DNA of 63,749 nt, the filler included, from Reclinomonas americana ATCC 50394 (lineage: Eukaryota), in assembly GCA_048213135.1 (NCBI GenBank). It is 5 parts of 4 records of this genome, joined end to end, with 100 filler letters (N's around TTAATTAATTAA, not from the genome) between each part and the next. Parts side by side here need not be neighbours in the genome. Positions count along the whole stretch, not along the records: positions 1 to 15,958 come from PS015386.1; positions 16,059 to 30,051 come from PS015386.1; 3 more parts are not named here. The stretch is one strand, 5' to 3'. A program made the translations under genes and the position numbers. Shown here piece after piece: positions 11,557-25,739 of the stretch (its first letter is position 1; each line of letters begins with the position of its first letter). Below the pieces are notes generated by a model, which worked only from the letters and a program-made list of their open reading frames with translations, searched no databases and was not told the DNA's origin.

Positions 11557-14500
11557 ATGCGGAGTATTACACTCCACATCGTGCTGATTGCACTGGCGCT
11601 CTGCGTGGCCACGTTGGATGCAGCGCAAGGTGAGCCGTGGCACAATCGGACACATATTCATCACAATGCGAACATATTGCTCATCATTGTCATCCGACTC
11701 TCAGCTGCCAGCGTGAGCTCGTTCTCGCCGCTTCATGCGCGCGCGGGCATTGCAAGCAGCGAAGACGTTCTCACCATCACCGGTGCGCGACGCGAATGTT
11801 TTATTGCTTGCTGCCGAGTGGTTTTCTCATATTCTCCGCGCGCTGTGCAGGCACTGGCCTCGCCACCGCTGACTCCGTGTGTCTGAGTCTCGGCGGCTGC
11901 CCGGCCGCGTGCGCTGGCACGACTTCAACACTGACGAACGCGTCCACTGCGCTAAATGGTTGGTGACCGCACTCAATGAGTGGCGCAGTTCTCTATGACT
12001 TGTCTCAACTTGGCATGCACGCAACAGGCGCGAGTGGCACCTCGACCGAGCACTACGTCATGCTCACGAGCATCACGGCTGGTGAATACTACGTGTGCTC
12101 TGGACCCGGTGGCGGAACCGTGACGTTTCGTTGCCGTCATCACTCGCTTCTGAATCCTCGACACTGACACTTCGTGCAGCCAAGTCGGCACTATGTTGCT
12201 GCGCTTGGTCAGCATCTCGGGCCTGTTACCGCCCTCCATAACTTCGTTGGATCCGACTGCGGTGGTGATTGTCAAGGTACTATGAGCCTCGAGAGTAGTG
12301 CTGTTGTTGCCGAAACTCACCTTCTTTTCACAGGGCCTGTACTTGAACCCGACCGACGTGGTGCAGTTCTCGACGTCGTCGACCTGTGCCGTGGTCGCTG
12401 CCACGGCGACGGGCATCACGACGACGAACCCGCAGCGTACCGAGCTGACGGCGTACATCGGCGGCACCGGACTGGCGACAGCGGCGACGTATTACGTGTG
12501 CTTGCAGGTCAATAGCAATCTGCCGTCGCTGGTGTTGTCGTCGCCGACAATGAGTGCCGTCAGTGCGTCATTTATTGTCGATGCCCCCCTCTTTGAAAAG
12601 AAAAAAGGACCCACATCCAATGTGCCTGCAGATACTGCGGTCCTGACGGGCTTCTCTCCCTCGAGCATTCCGACGTTGGACATTGGCGCCGTGCTCACTC
12701 TGTTGCGTTTGAGGGTGTGGTCCGGCAAGTACGTCTGATACCCCTCCTGCTCATCTGGTATGGGGACGATCAGTACTGGCACTGGCCTGCGCACGACGGA
12801 CACGATCATGTTTACGCGAAGTGCGTGCGCCATTGTTGCTGGCAGAGTGCTACATTCTTGGTGGTTGCTAAGTAATGTGTTGAACAGACACGTGCAGCGA
12901 CACCGCAAACGTGTACACATCGACTGGTCCGCGGCAAGTGATCATGGACAGCTATGCCTACACCTCCAATGACGGTGGACCGAATCGACGCATGATCATC
13001 ACCGTGGGTGGCATTGGGCTGCCAGTGGACAACCTCGGCGCATCGCAGACATACAAGATCTGCTACACTGGCTACGTGGCCACGGGCACTGCTTCTGCTG
13101 CTCTCTTTGGCACGAATCTTACCTCAGGTTCGTTTTATGCTCTCACGTGAGTCTCATGAACGTGATGTTGAATGGTATGAGTTGTGCAGTGGCGTTCTAT
13201 CAGATCGACAAGTGGGCAGTGGACACGAGTTCGACTGCCGCGACAATCACCATCACTGGCGGTGTGACCACAAGCGACAAGGCCATCATCGTGGCTGGGT
13301 ACGATTGCCCGCACGCCGGAGTGAGTTCGGGTATCGTGAGTATCAATGGATCCAATGCCCTCACGTCTGTGTCGCTGAGTTCCAGTGGCAACGGTGAGTT
13401 TGGTGATGTTTTGATTGCCCGCCGTGCACACTAACATGTTGCTTGTCTATTCCTTGACGCAGGACCATACACGGTGTGCGTGTTGATTGGCGGCACGCAA
13501 GTAGGTGCTGTCAAGACGGTACAGGTGTGGAACCCCGGTTGGGGATACTCGTCCACGAGTGGCCTGGCAACAGCTGGCGGCAGCGGTGCTGGCTTCACCA
13601 TTAACATCAGTACTGTCACCAGTGGCATTCTGAGTGCCACCATGTCAACCGGCGGCACAGGCTACGTGGTCGGCGATACACTCACCGTTACTGGCGGATC
13701 GAGTGGCCAACTTGTGGTGCTTACGGTGAACGGCAGCGCGGTGCAGACGGTGGCTGTGTTTACTGCCGGCAATGGGTACACGACGACTACATCTTCACCG
13801 TCCGCCACCAGCGGCGGCACTGGGTCGGGCTGCACGGTCAACATCCTCTCTGGCACCATCTCCTCGGTTGCAGTCAATGCCGGCGGCTTTGGCTATCAGG
13901 TCGGCGACATTATTGATGTGGTGCAGACGAATGGTGCCAGTGGCCAGTTGTTGGTGGTGGAGACAAGCACGGGAACCAACTGGCGCAAGATTGGCGACAC
14001 TGCTCGCCCTCCGACTCCGATTGTGGAGAGTTGCGTTTTTCGTCTCTTGTGATCATCTCTCAGCACGTCAAAGAACTCATTCACCTTGCTTTTTTGTTGT
14101 CCATCTGCAGAGTACGCGTTTGAGCCACGGACGATTCCCGAATCGACTGCTGGTGCTGTGCTGACACTTACTGGTGCTTCGACGCTGGCGTCGGTCTCTG
14201 TCAAGGACTGTGGCAGTTCGACGATCATCTGCTCGGTGGCAGCAGGCGCCGACTGGGGACCGACGAACGGAGCATACTATGCGCTCTGCACTACCAGCTC
14301 CGTCGCAGCGGTTAGTAAGTAGCGTACATAGTGGTGATGCATGTCACATGCATTCCTCGGCAGGCGATGCTGATGGAGTTTTGTGTGCGCAGGGCATCTA
14401 TGATTTGTGCATCTCGTCGACGTCGACTCAAATCAACCAATCCGGATGGCCGCTGATTGTGGGAAAGTGTGGCTGGTACAACATCAACTTCCGGCCGTCG

Positions 14501-16058
14501 CAGTACACCAACACGGTGCCCAATATCACCACCCGCGCGCAGAGTGCTGGTGCCTGTGCAGGTGTGTGTTCCTTTTCGTCCTTGCATAGTCTTTTGTGGT
14601 GTGTCTCACTCTTGTGATTGTCAGGTGACACAACCATGAGTACCAGTGGATGCAAATGGTGTGAGATACTGCTGCATCCTGTCGTTGAGCTTGTTGTTGC
14701 TTGCTCACTACCAAGGCCCTTTGTTGTGTCTCTGCAGGTGCAACCAATCTGGTCAGCTCCGTGCGCTGGGCGACTGGACAAAGTCGACACAGTCGTCTAC
14801 GCGCGGCTATTGCGTCAACTCGGGCACATCTTGCAGCAACAGTGTCACTGGTATGACAGCCGCTGTGAACATGCTGGTCAACCAGGATGCTGTTGTGGCG
14901 TACCCGGTGCACGACAAGTGGAAGGAGAATGGCGACCAGGTGCTGGAGGAGGTGTTCCCGAACCGCTTTGCGTACTACAAGATCGCACCGCCACATCGGT
15001 GAGTTGCTGTTCCTGTGATCGCGTGCTATGGTCTACTCTTTCTCTCGCCCTTGTACTGACCTCCACCAACCACAATGCAGCAACTTTGACCTGCATGTGA
15101 TGGCGCGGAGCATCGACTATCTGCGACTGGGCGACAACCTGGACATGTACATCCAGCGCAATGCGGCTCCGACAACGTCGTCGTGGGCGTTCACGTCAGT
15201 GCGCGAGAGCAATCCGTGGGCGATTGATGTGTATTCGGAGGATTTGTGGGCGAACGGTTTGATGTGGATTTGTGTACGAGTTGAGTGGCGTGGTGTTTCG
15301 GAGCTCTCACACGATTCTGCTGTCGTACAGCTGGGTGCACGACGTCTGGATGCAATCCGTACTTCATTGGTGTGATGGGCGACAATCAGTTCCCGCAGAA
15401 GAGTGGGGCGTCGCAGTATCAGATGCAAGTGTGGCTTGGTGCGCTCGTGTTGGTCGATGGTGGTGTTGCTGCAATTGTGTTAGTTTTGGCTTCTCACAGT
15501 CACTCATCTCACAGAGATGAACTTTACTGATTTCACATGTGCGGACGCCAGCAGCAACAACTGCCTCAATCTCAAGATCCGCGACGGTACTACGGTGTCG
15601 GCGGGCGTCACTGCCATGCTTCTGTCGACGGCCGATTCAACCGGCAACGCAAATACTGATGCAGTGACGGTTCGTTGTGATTGGTGTCGGCAATCATGAG
15701 GTCATGGTTGACAAGAACTCGAGTGGCTCACTTTCACTGCTTTTGGCGTGCACAGTTTGTTGCTGACGATTTGACGCCTGTCAACAATGTCATGCGGCTG
15801 ACGAAGCAGAAGGCCGGGTCGATTCTGTCGCTGACCGATCGCCATCGCCGCTCGCACGTGTACTATGGCGACCAACTGTATCTGAAGAACGGTTTCGAGG
15901 CTCGTTTCCGGTTTCGCATCTCGTCGCTGGGTCTCTGCACAGAACTCGACGGGTGCGTNNNNNNNNNNNNNNNNNNNNNNNNNNNNNNNNNNNNNNNNNN
16001 NNTTAATTAATTAANNNNNNNNNNNNNNNNNNNNNNNNNNNNNNNNNNNNNNNNNNNN

Positions 16059-16092
<34 letters not shown>

Positions 16093-16093
16093 G

Positions 16094-16134
<41 letters not shown>

Positions 16135-16382
16135 CTCCTGTCTGTCTCGTTTCGTCGAAGCTGACTCGCCCCGCCCCCGTGTGTGTGTACACAGGGAGTG
16201 CTGGACTCGAATGGCTACGGATACATGGGATTCACGGCTGGCGTTGGCGATGTGACGCAGAATGTGGACATTCTGTCGTGGGCGTTCTGCCACAAGCTGT
16301 TGCGTGCGGAGTGCGCGTCTTGCAATGTCGAATCATGCTCACTCTTTTGTGTGTCGTGCGCAGCGGCTGTGTGGCGTACTGA
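11557..16382 (+). CDS. Large secreted protein: signal peptide, Ig/TIG-like Cys repeats, Gly-rich GYxVGD module, C-terminal legume (L-type) lectin-like domain; many exons, spans a gap/linker
   Basis: Signal peptide MRSITLHIVLIALALCVATLDAAQ; repeats FSP...LTxTGTGL..D.V.F...C...YxVC; lectin-like VMRLTKQK...YYGDQLYLKNGFEARFRFRI and GYMGFTAGVGDVTQNVDILSWAF. I traced the splice phases by hand to TGA 16380-16382. Confidence 0.8.
16003..16014. other. Artificial contig linker TTAATTAATTAA flanked by Ns
   Basis: The identical 12-mer, with stops in all six frames, sits inside N-runs at 16003, 30096, 54571 and 61871. Confidence 0.95.
16059..16132. repeat. (TG)n microsatellite (intronic)
   Basis: Direct reading. 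Confidence 0.95.
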
Positions 16383-16545
16383 ACTGGCGTGTCAGCAATT
16401 CTGCGACTGTTCTTTTCCCTATTGTATGTTTTCTCTCCTTTCTCTCCCACTGCACCATTCCTCTTCTTCTTCTTCTGCGGTCCACGAATTCCACCGCGGA
16501 CTCGCTTCGCCAATGTACTCATCTCCCTCGGTGCACGTATCACTT

Positions 16546-19500
16546 TCATTGGTGCGGAGGTTGCTGTCGTAGTGGGGGGATCTGACCGATGAAGCGCAGT
16601 GTGGCTTGGGGAAACGGCGGAACTGTGAGTTGCCACGGCCGCTGCTCTTGCGCCGGCGCCCGCTGCAGCGACTACCGCAAGTCAGAAGAGTGCACATATC
16701 GCTTCACGACAAATTCGCAGCTCACCAGTGCAGGCGGAGGTTGCGTCGCTGTTGCGAGCACACGAGGACTTGCCACCACCGGTGCGTACGTGGCCGATGA
16801 CAAAGGCGGTGGTGGTGGGGGGGCCATACGAAGAGGCGGCGAGAGGAGGGATGCGGTCGGCTGCGACAGAGGTGGTGGTGGTGGAGGTGGTGGCGGTGGC
16901 GGGGGAGGGAGTCGTGGTCGACTCACCACCTCCGTATTCTCGTCTTCGTCAACGGACAGACTACCCATTGAGTAACTGTCAAAGCCGTACTCTTCGTCAT
17001 CCTGAGCCGCCGCGGCGGTGGCTGCAGGAGAGAATGCAGTTTCTGCCAACGGCGCCGGCTGTCGTGTCGCACTGACGGCGTACTGTCCTGCACGCGATGC
17101 CTCGGGGACAGTGTTTGCCTGCAAGACAGCGAGTGTTGGACGTGGTCGGCGAGGGAAAAGCAGCCAAGAACGTCAGGCTTACCTGGCCAGCCGACACGGA
17201 TAGTCCGCGAACCACTACATTTACAGCCAAGATAATGAGTTGTCAGCTTCAGTGGTGACCCAATGAACATATGTTTACCTGGAGGGCGACGGGCCAAAGC
17301 CTCCAAGTCACTCATTGTCGGCGGCAGAAACTGTAAGCGTGGCACAGACATGTCCACTGTCGTCGTACGCCGCGGGGTCGGCGAGGCAGCAGCTGCGCGT
17401 GCCTTTGTCTGGCGTACATTATGATTACAATGAGCCGTCAGACACGCATCCACATGAGCAAGCATCAACACACCTTGCCGATGGCTGACGACAGCAGTGT
17501 GTCGGGCCATCGCCGTCCGCCATAGGCCACATCCTCGAAGCCATCGAGCGAACACCACGCTGACGGGTGCCGAAGGAAGCGCCAGAAGGGCATGAACGGA
17601 GATGGCATACCGCTGACTGGAGTGCCGGCGGGAGACTGCGCCAAGCGCGCCTGGTATCTTTGCGTACAGGATCGCATGCTGCGCTGGTACAAGACAACGA
17701 GCAGGAGAAGACAGCCGACAAGGACCGCGCCAACACAAATGACAACGTAAAACCACCACGGTCGACCCGGCGAGGTCGGCGGTGGTTTGTCTGTGAAGAA
17801 TCTCCGAGTGAGGGACATGCGCTTCACCTCACAGCTAAGCGGTGTGAACAAACCGACAAAGACAGCAGCAGCGGTAGGCGACAGCGAGTATTGACTCGAG
17901 TACGCATCGACAGGAGATAGCCTTGCCAGGTACACCACGTGACGCAACGCCCACGGCGCGTCACGTACCGGCACAAATACGGCTCGATTCACAATCTGTG
18001 ACAGCATCTCAGGTGCGCGACGAGGGGAGATGTGCCTGTCAGTCGACGACGTGCAACTCACCGGCGTCGCTGTGCCATCCAGTGCGATTGGACCTGGAGA
18101 GCACGATCCAGTCACGCGTGTCACATTTCGATACTCGGCCACCGCGCCTGTCACGCTGTCAACGGCTGCAAGCTGCCGAGGCCGATGAAGTGGTGGGTTA
18201 GGGAATTGCGTGGCACAAGAGTGGCTGCGGAGATATCACCAACCTGCAAGTAGAAATCCTGCTGATTGCGGACGACGTGTTCGCAAACGTACTCGACCAC
18301 CACCTCGCTCTGTGCGTATTGCTCGAGTGGATCCACTGTCTGTGATGCACGGGTCCAGCTGGCGCTGACTCGCGGTACTGTGTACACTTTCCTCGTGAGT
18401 CGACGCTTGATCGATCAGCCACATGCGCAGAGCGAACCAAAGAGTGCAAACGACCGCGAGGTGGCCAGTCGGTTCAAGTTGCTCGTGTCCTCAACCACCA
18501 ATGCGTACTCGGCTGTCGAGGCGGCGCCGAGGTCATTCAAACGTGATCCGACCGCTCCGAAATCGATTGGCAGTGTCGCGTTGTAGAGGATAGAATAAGC
18601 AGTCACCAGAGTGGACAGAGTCGTCCATGGTGAATCTATCAGCCGAAAGCAAAAGTGAGACAAGTGAGAGGAAACGCAACGAATACTGCCTCGCGACAGT
18701 GCACGTGACGCACCTGTATCTGGTCGACTGACCAGGCGCAGATTCACTTGCTGCACGTCGACCTGGGTGAGAACGTTGACACTGGCCGCACCTGCACACA
18801 CGCAAGTTGAGTATCGACTGAACTACAGAATGACATGCATCATTCCTGGTACTCACTGCCAAAGTACACGATGCTGTCCAAGGTGGTGTTTGCCGAGGCG
18901 CCTACCAGTGGCTGGCCAATGAGCACCTTCTCCGAGAAAGTGGAAGTGGCTGTGGATTGTGTGAGTCGCTTATCAATAAAAGGCGCCGTACCACTCTCTC
19001 ATGCGCGCAACTGCAGCGCAGTATGTCGCCAAAATTCGACCAGCCGACTTCGTTCTCTGCCTGTGCTCGCAGGTAATACACCGTGTTGGAGAGTAGATTC
19101 GAAAACGTGGCGTCCGGCTGAATGTCGTAAAAGTACGTCACGCTGGTGGTGTTCGTGGCCTGAAACGTGTTCTCCCGGGATAACTGGACGAGAAAGCGAC
19201 GAGTCAGCGGACTGCCGTTGTTGCTCGCTGGATCGCGCACGGCCGCGCGGAGTGAAAACATGGTCAGCTCTGCCAGGTACACCACGGGTGGCGACGGGAC
19301 CGTCGGCGTGGCTATCAAAGGACAACACAGGAGTCAGCGCAGCAGGGACACACACACGAGTGTCGAACGCTGTGAATGGACGCAACCAACAACCAGCGGG
19401 CCTGCGTACGTGTAGGTCGAGTCGCCGGCCAGTAGGACACAGACAACGTAGCTTCCAATCGGTGGCGCGACACCCAGGGTAACGGCCAGACTAGAAGGCG

Positions 19501-22500
19501 GCACGATGGATGTGGCGCCCGTTAAAACAAGGGTGCCTGTCACACCGGGACCGGTGACCGAGCATCTCTGCCCCGGCTCCAGTCGAACTTGTGCACCGGT
19601 GGTCAAGCCGTAGCCCTGCACTGTGAATGCGGCTGTTGTGCTGCTGGCCACGTTGGTCGGCTTAACACGCTCATACACGCGCGCGACTTGAAAACACGAT
19701 AACGCTGGTAAGCAATCTCAAGAAACTGACGCAAGTGCTTCGACAGAAACAACGCACAAAAGACGATCTGCGAGGCCGACACTGCAGTAAATGTCGTCGT
19801 TCCCGGATGCATGATGCACACGCTGTACGAGCCTGGGGGCACGCCATAGTCGCCAGGGTTGACAGTGAGTGTGGACGCGTACGCTTCAGCGGCGTCTGAA
19901 AGCAACCGCAAGCCGCGCATTGTGATCGTGCCGCTCGTCGGCAAAGCTCCCACTGGACCAGTGCACGAGACGCCGGGCTCTACTCTCACAACAGCTGCTG
20001 TGGACAGACCCAAGCCAGTCACTGTTAGTGTGGCCTGCGGATCGCCACCCAATGCGCTGTTTGGAGAGAAGCTGGATGTGGATGGCACTGCAAAGGCAGA
20101 TGAGCAGCAGTCCTGTTGGTTGTGAAGACGAACAAACACTGTTGTACGTCGCGCACCGGCAGAGAGTTGCGTGGTCGCCGTCGCGTCGAAAACCGGGGTG
20201 GTACCACCGACGGCCACACACACACGCCAGGTCCCCGTGCCGAGCACGCCAGCCGCCACGCTGGCTGTCAGCAGTGTCTCGGTAGAGTCGAGTGCCGACA
20301 CAGAGAGTGGGAGTCGTGCACTCGGGTCACTGGCCACCGTGGTAGAGCACGATGCTGTCGACGGGATAAAGTAGATCACATCGAGACCGGCAGACAAGAA
20401 GCGGCCGGTCACTGTCAGAGTTATGGCAGTCCACGCGCTCACAGTGGTTGGAGTCAGTGACAGTGCAACAGGCTGGCCTCCCGTGGCTCGCGTGGCTGCG
20501 CGGCAATAGTGCACAATGAGCGCGAGAAGTGCTGCGAACAATACTCTATTCCATGATACTCACCAACAGACACAGTGGAGCCGGTGTCCGCGTACGTTGA
20601 ATTGATGAGCCACTTGACGCACAAGCGGTAGGTGTCGAGTGCAGCGCCTGCCGCATCCACTCGGAGGACCGTAGAGTTGCGCGGGTCGGTGGCCGGATTC
20701 GAAGCGGCAGTGAAGCTGATCACGGTGATTGATGACGCGGCGAGCGCGGTGGGCGACATGCATGTGGTGGTGGACAACACAAAGGCGCTGGGGTAGCCGG
20801 TGGTGTCCGTGAGTGCACACCCGGTCTGCGCGATGACATCGGCAGCAAGTGAGGCTACTTGACTAGATGTGAAGCAATTCGGCATCGGCACTCACCAGCG
20901 TGATCAACTGATTCGAGGCAGCTGGAATTTGATTTGTCGACATGAACATGATGCCTGAGAATGAAGCACGGTGTTTAGCGACACCGCAGAGCACTTTTCT
21001 CCTCTTGCAGCACTCACCACTGCCGCTGGTGATAAAGCGAAGCAGGGAGTTGGCGGTGTCGGCCACAATCCAATCGGAGCCACTTCCGCGCATCCACAGT
21101 CCAGTAGGCGCGCTGAAGCGCGCTGCGAGCCCAGCGCCATTGGCGTAACCAGCAACGCCGCCTGTGGAGCCGGCAAGAGTCGCTACGGTCCCATTGCCTC
21201 CGACGGCGAGTACTCGCAAACGATGTCCGCCCTGTAACATTAAACGGAAGGGAGTGAGGGAGCGCGGTGCAGACAGCTGGTCGCACAGCAAGCAACTCAT
21301 CAAGTCGGACCTTTTCAACAAAGAAAACCACGCTCTGCGCCGAGTCGTACACCAATCCGGTAGGGGTGCTCTGAGACGCGACACCGAGCGGAGGTGGATA
21401 CGACGCGTCGCCATCAACAGATCCAGCCGTCGGACCCAATCCTGCCAGCCGAGTTACGCGGCCCAGTCCTCCGTTTCCGCTAGGGTCAACGCGCACGACA
21501 GAATGCGAGCCGGCCACCAAGTAGGAGCCGTCATCCAAGGCAGCAACGTCGATTGGTGACCTGCGGAGCACAACCACCAATTAGCGCCACTATCGTCGTT
21601 GCAGCTTCACGCGAGCGCTCGCAACGTTAATGTGGCGGCCGAGAGAAATCCCGTGGTCCACCCAGAAAAGCCGGTTCCTACCGCCGTCGACACGGTACCT
21701 GGGTGTGGGAATTTTGGTAAGGGCAGGCAGAGCGAGGGAGAATCCGAATTGCAGCGCACTACGTACAGGTGGTGGTGGCGGTGCAGGTGCCCCCAGAGAG
21801 CCTTCGAACCTTGTGCACCGTCTAAAACGCAACGCCATGAGATATGAGGCATAAACTGAAGCGACAAGCGACAACATACCGGCTCTGTCACGAGAATGTC
21901 GCCCGACACCAACACCGACAGTCCTTGCGGGCTGAAGAAACTGGCGGCTGTGCGTGCATTGCCGTCGGCGGTGCCAGAGAGTGAACTCGAGCCGGCCACC
22001 GTTGACACGGCGGTGGTGGCCAGATCCATGGCTCTCACTCCGTACTGCTCGGTCCACAACAGACGATTCAGTGACGCTTGGTACGTGAGCGACTGCGGGC
22101 TGGTCAGGCTCGCATCGGTACCAACGGCAGCGTCAACGCTTCCGGCAACGCCGTCCGCGCGTCCCGCCACTCGCTTTACGGTTCCATCGGGAGCAATGCT
22201 TCGCACTCGATTCTGCAACTGTCATGCGGGTGAGTGATGAAGTAGCACGACGGTGAAGGTGGTCGTTCAAACAATACACACACCGGTTCTGTAAAGTAAA
22301 TAGTTTGCCCGACTTGTACGAGGTCCGCAGGGTTGCTCACGGTGGCCACCGCCAACGGGCCGTCCTTGCTACTAGTGTCGAATGCCGTGCCGACCATGTC
22401 GCACACTGACTGAGTCGCTGTGGCTCCCATGCGGTTAGGAGTCCATGAACAACAAAAAGCGGATCTGCAAATCCCTCCGCACTCACCGACACGTACGGTT

Positions 22501-23400
22501 GCAATGGACACGTGAACCATGGTGGCTGCCAATCGCAAGCACAAAAAGTAGGAGCCGGGCGCAACCGCACTGGTGTCAAACAGGACAGTGAGACGCGACG
22601 TTGATCGGAGAGTGGCCCGTCCGAGTGCCACCGCAAATCCCGGACTGCGAGAAACCAATCAGCAAGTGCACGGCGCAGCAGAGACACAGTAAAGTGAGTG
22701 CAACATTGCCGTGCAATCCGTGGAGAGTGCCACTGCATTCGAGTCGAGCCGCACATCCAGAAATCCACCACCACCAATGGCAACCACCTGCACGGTGGTC
22801 GTGGCCAGGGTCACCGGATACACTGACGTCACCGAGTCTGCGTCCGCACGTGTCAGCAAACCCATCGGCGCACACGTCGACCTTGAAAACACGATACGCA
22901 ACAGATGGTGAGCGGAACGCCAGCGTCATCGTATCCACTGGCTGAGGTTGACACGGTCCACTGAATGCATAGCCGAGCAGTCCCGGCACTCACACCCGTG
23001 GCATCGATCGTCAGAGAGATCGCCTGAGCGATCTTATCCACCAGTGTCACCGTCGTGGTGCCGAGCACCGTCGGCGCGGAACACGAGGTCGACGACAGCA
23101 CGATTGGCGATCCACTCGCTTGAGAAAGATCAATGGCAATACCACAACCAAACTGCGACACGCACGCGCGCGGTCACAACGGATGGCTCAACACGATGCG
23201 ATGAAGAACGCGCTACACGCACCAACTGCACTTGCTGAGCGGCGGCGGCAGCAATTACGGGCGGCGTGACAAACATGACGGCTGGGAGCATGGCACGTTA
23301 GCAACACACATAAGGCTCATGCTGCGCATGAGAGGGAGGCTATAACGTACCGCCAGCCATGGTTGCAAAGCGGATCTTGCGATTGCCCTGGGAGTGACGA

Positions 23401-23431
<31 letters not shown>

Positions 23432-25479
23432 CAGAAGAAAATATGCTCGCGTACAAAAAAGAGCCAAGGAGGAAAACACTGTGTGCAGACAACGGTACGC
23501 AACCGAGTCGGAGAGAATGAAATCACGAGCAGAGGGCTGCACGATAACGTCCATGGGGTTGTTGAATGTGGCCGAGGCCAGCGCGCCGTCGTTCGCCCCC
23601 GAAATGCCAGTGCCAGCAATGGTCGACACAGTAAGTGGGTTCGAGAGGGTGAGTTGGCGCAACTTGTTACCCGCCGGCGCAGGAGCGACAAGTTGCTGTG
23701 ATGCGGAGGCACACACAGAGATGAGCTAGTGAGACCATGATACAAGACGTGCGTGTGGCAGACCTGTTCCACGAAAAAGAGAGTGTTCGCGAGTGGGCTG
23801 CAAGGAAGGTGAGTGGGTGATGAGTTGACCAGCTAGCGCGCTACGCAACAGGACAAAGAGTCACTCATGCTCACCTGTACGCCACTCCAGCTGGATTCGT
23901 CAGCAGCGCAACAGTGGCGGCGGCGCCGTCGGTGCTGCCGCTCGTCGAATCTGCACCAGCCAGCCGGCTCACCGAGTTCCCGACAGCCGAGACGCTGACT
24001 AGATTGTGCGCGCCTCCAAAGTAAAATGAATTTGTCGCGCTCCCAGGCACGGAGGCAATGCCGGATGGCGAACTGTGTGGCGAATGCATATCTAAGAAAC
24101 TCCGCTTGCGGGGTGAACGACATGAATGTAGTCACGCAACGTCATGGTTGATGCATTGAGGGCACCAAACGACCACCCGGCAACACTGCCGAGCAGCGTG
24201 GACACCGTACCTAGATTGATACAGCGAGTGAGGCACAGGGTACGGCAGACACAGACGACCACACACAACGGCGCAACATGAGGATGAGAACTCGCACACG
24301 CCAGTTTGCAAGAGACGAATGCGGTTCTGGCTCTGTAGCAGACACGGCTTGTGATAAGAAGGCGATACACTTATCTAGTAGCGAGTCCCAACGCTCCACT
24401 CAACATTGTCGGCAATCACCAGGGTGCCGTCGCCGAGCACAGCGACTCCGTCGGCACGATCAAACGTGGCGACGGTCAGTGCATCGCCGTCGGTGGTGCC
24501 CACCGAACCCTGTCCCGCCAGCGTGGTGACGCCAAAATACACAAGCTCAAGGGCGCGGACACGCCTGCCGGCCCACTCGCTGAAAATGATACGCGAGTTG
24601 TTGCTGTCGTACGTCATGCGCCGTGGACTCTGCAGGCGCGCCTGCGAGCCCTCCAGTGCGTCGGTGGACGCCACCGAGGCGCCATACACGCCAGCCACGG
24701 TCTCCACTCTGTGCATCGACACCATGCGCAGTGAGTACGTGCACTGAAAAACACAGGAGGGTGGCTGGCTGTCACACAACGTTCCGTCGACGCGGATTCG
24801 TCGAATGGTGTTGGCATTCTGACCCACAAAAAAGACGACAGTGAGCGATGCAGAGAGAAGAAAGGGGCTGAACAAGCGCGCACCGGGTCTCCATCGGCCA
24901 CATATACGTCGCCATTGACTTGCAACAGACCCCACGGCGCCGAAAACTGCGCAATCGTCCGATCGCCATCCGCTGCACCAGCCGAGCCCAGTCCCTGCAG
25001 CCACAGACACAGACACACAAGACGCAGTGGGCTCTCTCCATCCATCCATCCATTCACGCGTGCCAGAAAGCAAACGAAACAGCATAGAGACACACTCCAC
25101 CACCGACTTGCACGGTGATCGCCGGGCCCTCATCGACCACTCCCGTGTCCACAAACCGCACACACACACTGTACACCAGAGGCGCCATGGTCGCACCCGC
25201 AGGCACCACAAACGTCACCGTCGCCGCGGCCCCACCCGTCTGCACCGCCAGCACACTCCCACTGGGACACGCAGGCCACGCAGCACCCGTGCACGCAGTC
25301 CCTTGCTGCACAATCGACACCTGCGCATTGGCGGGCGTGGTGAAGCGCGTCATCCCGCCCGTCTCTTGCACCACCAGCGTGTTGGTGAAGCCCGAGAGGA
25401 GGATCGCCTCGGGTGTCACTTGCAGACCGCGCACAGGATCCATCACCAGCACCAGCAGTGCAAGCACCACTGTCCACAT
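16546..25479 (-). CDS. Large type I membrane protein: signal peptide, alternating Ig/TIG-like repeats and NHL-repeat blocks, FN3 domain, TM helix, Pro-rich cytoplasmic tail
   Basis: Signal peptide MWTVVLALLVLVMDPVRG (alternative ATG 25554); NHL motifs AGTGISGANDGALASATFNNPMDV and AGQGSVGTTDGDALTVATF; FN3 PSPP...NNGSPLT...NLLSNTVYYLRAQAENEVGWSNF; TM WWFYVVICVGAVLVGCLLLLVVLY; poly-Pro tail. The junctions I checked keep one frame; the 3' end is approximate. Confidence 0.8.
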
Positions 25480-25739
25480 CACAGACACCACTCTCCTCCC
25501 GCGCTTGTGCGGTCGCCACTGTGCGTCGCGAAACAGACCGCCTGTCCGAAACATGAAAGAAGCAGACACAGACGCAGATGGAGAACAAAGGCGTGCAGGC
25601 AGCACACACACGAGCAGAGAGAGAGAGACAGTGGAAGACGAGGTGTGTGGAGGAGAAGCAGTGCGCAGTGGCGGGCTGCAACTTGTGGTTGGGACCTCTC
25701 TCTGCTCGCACTGTCCTTTCCCATTCCACACTCATTCTC

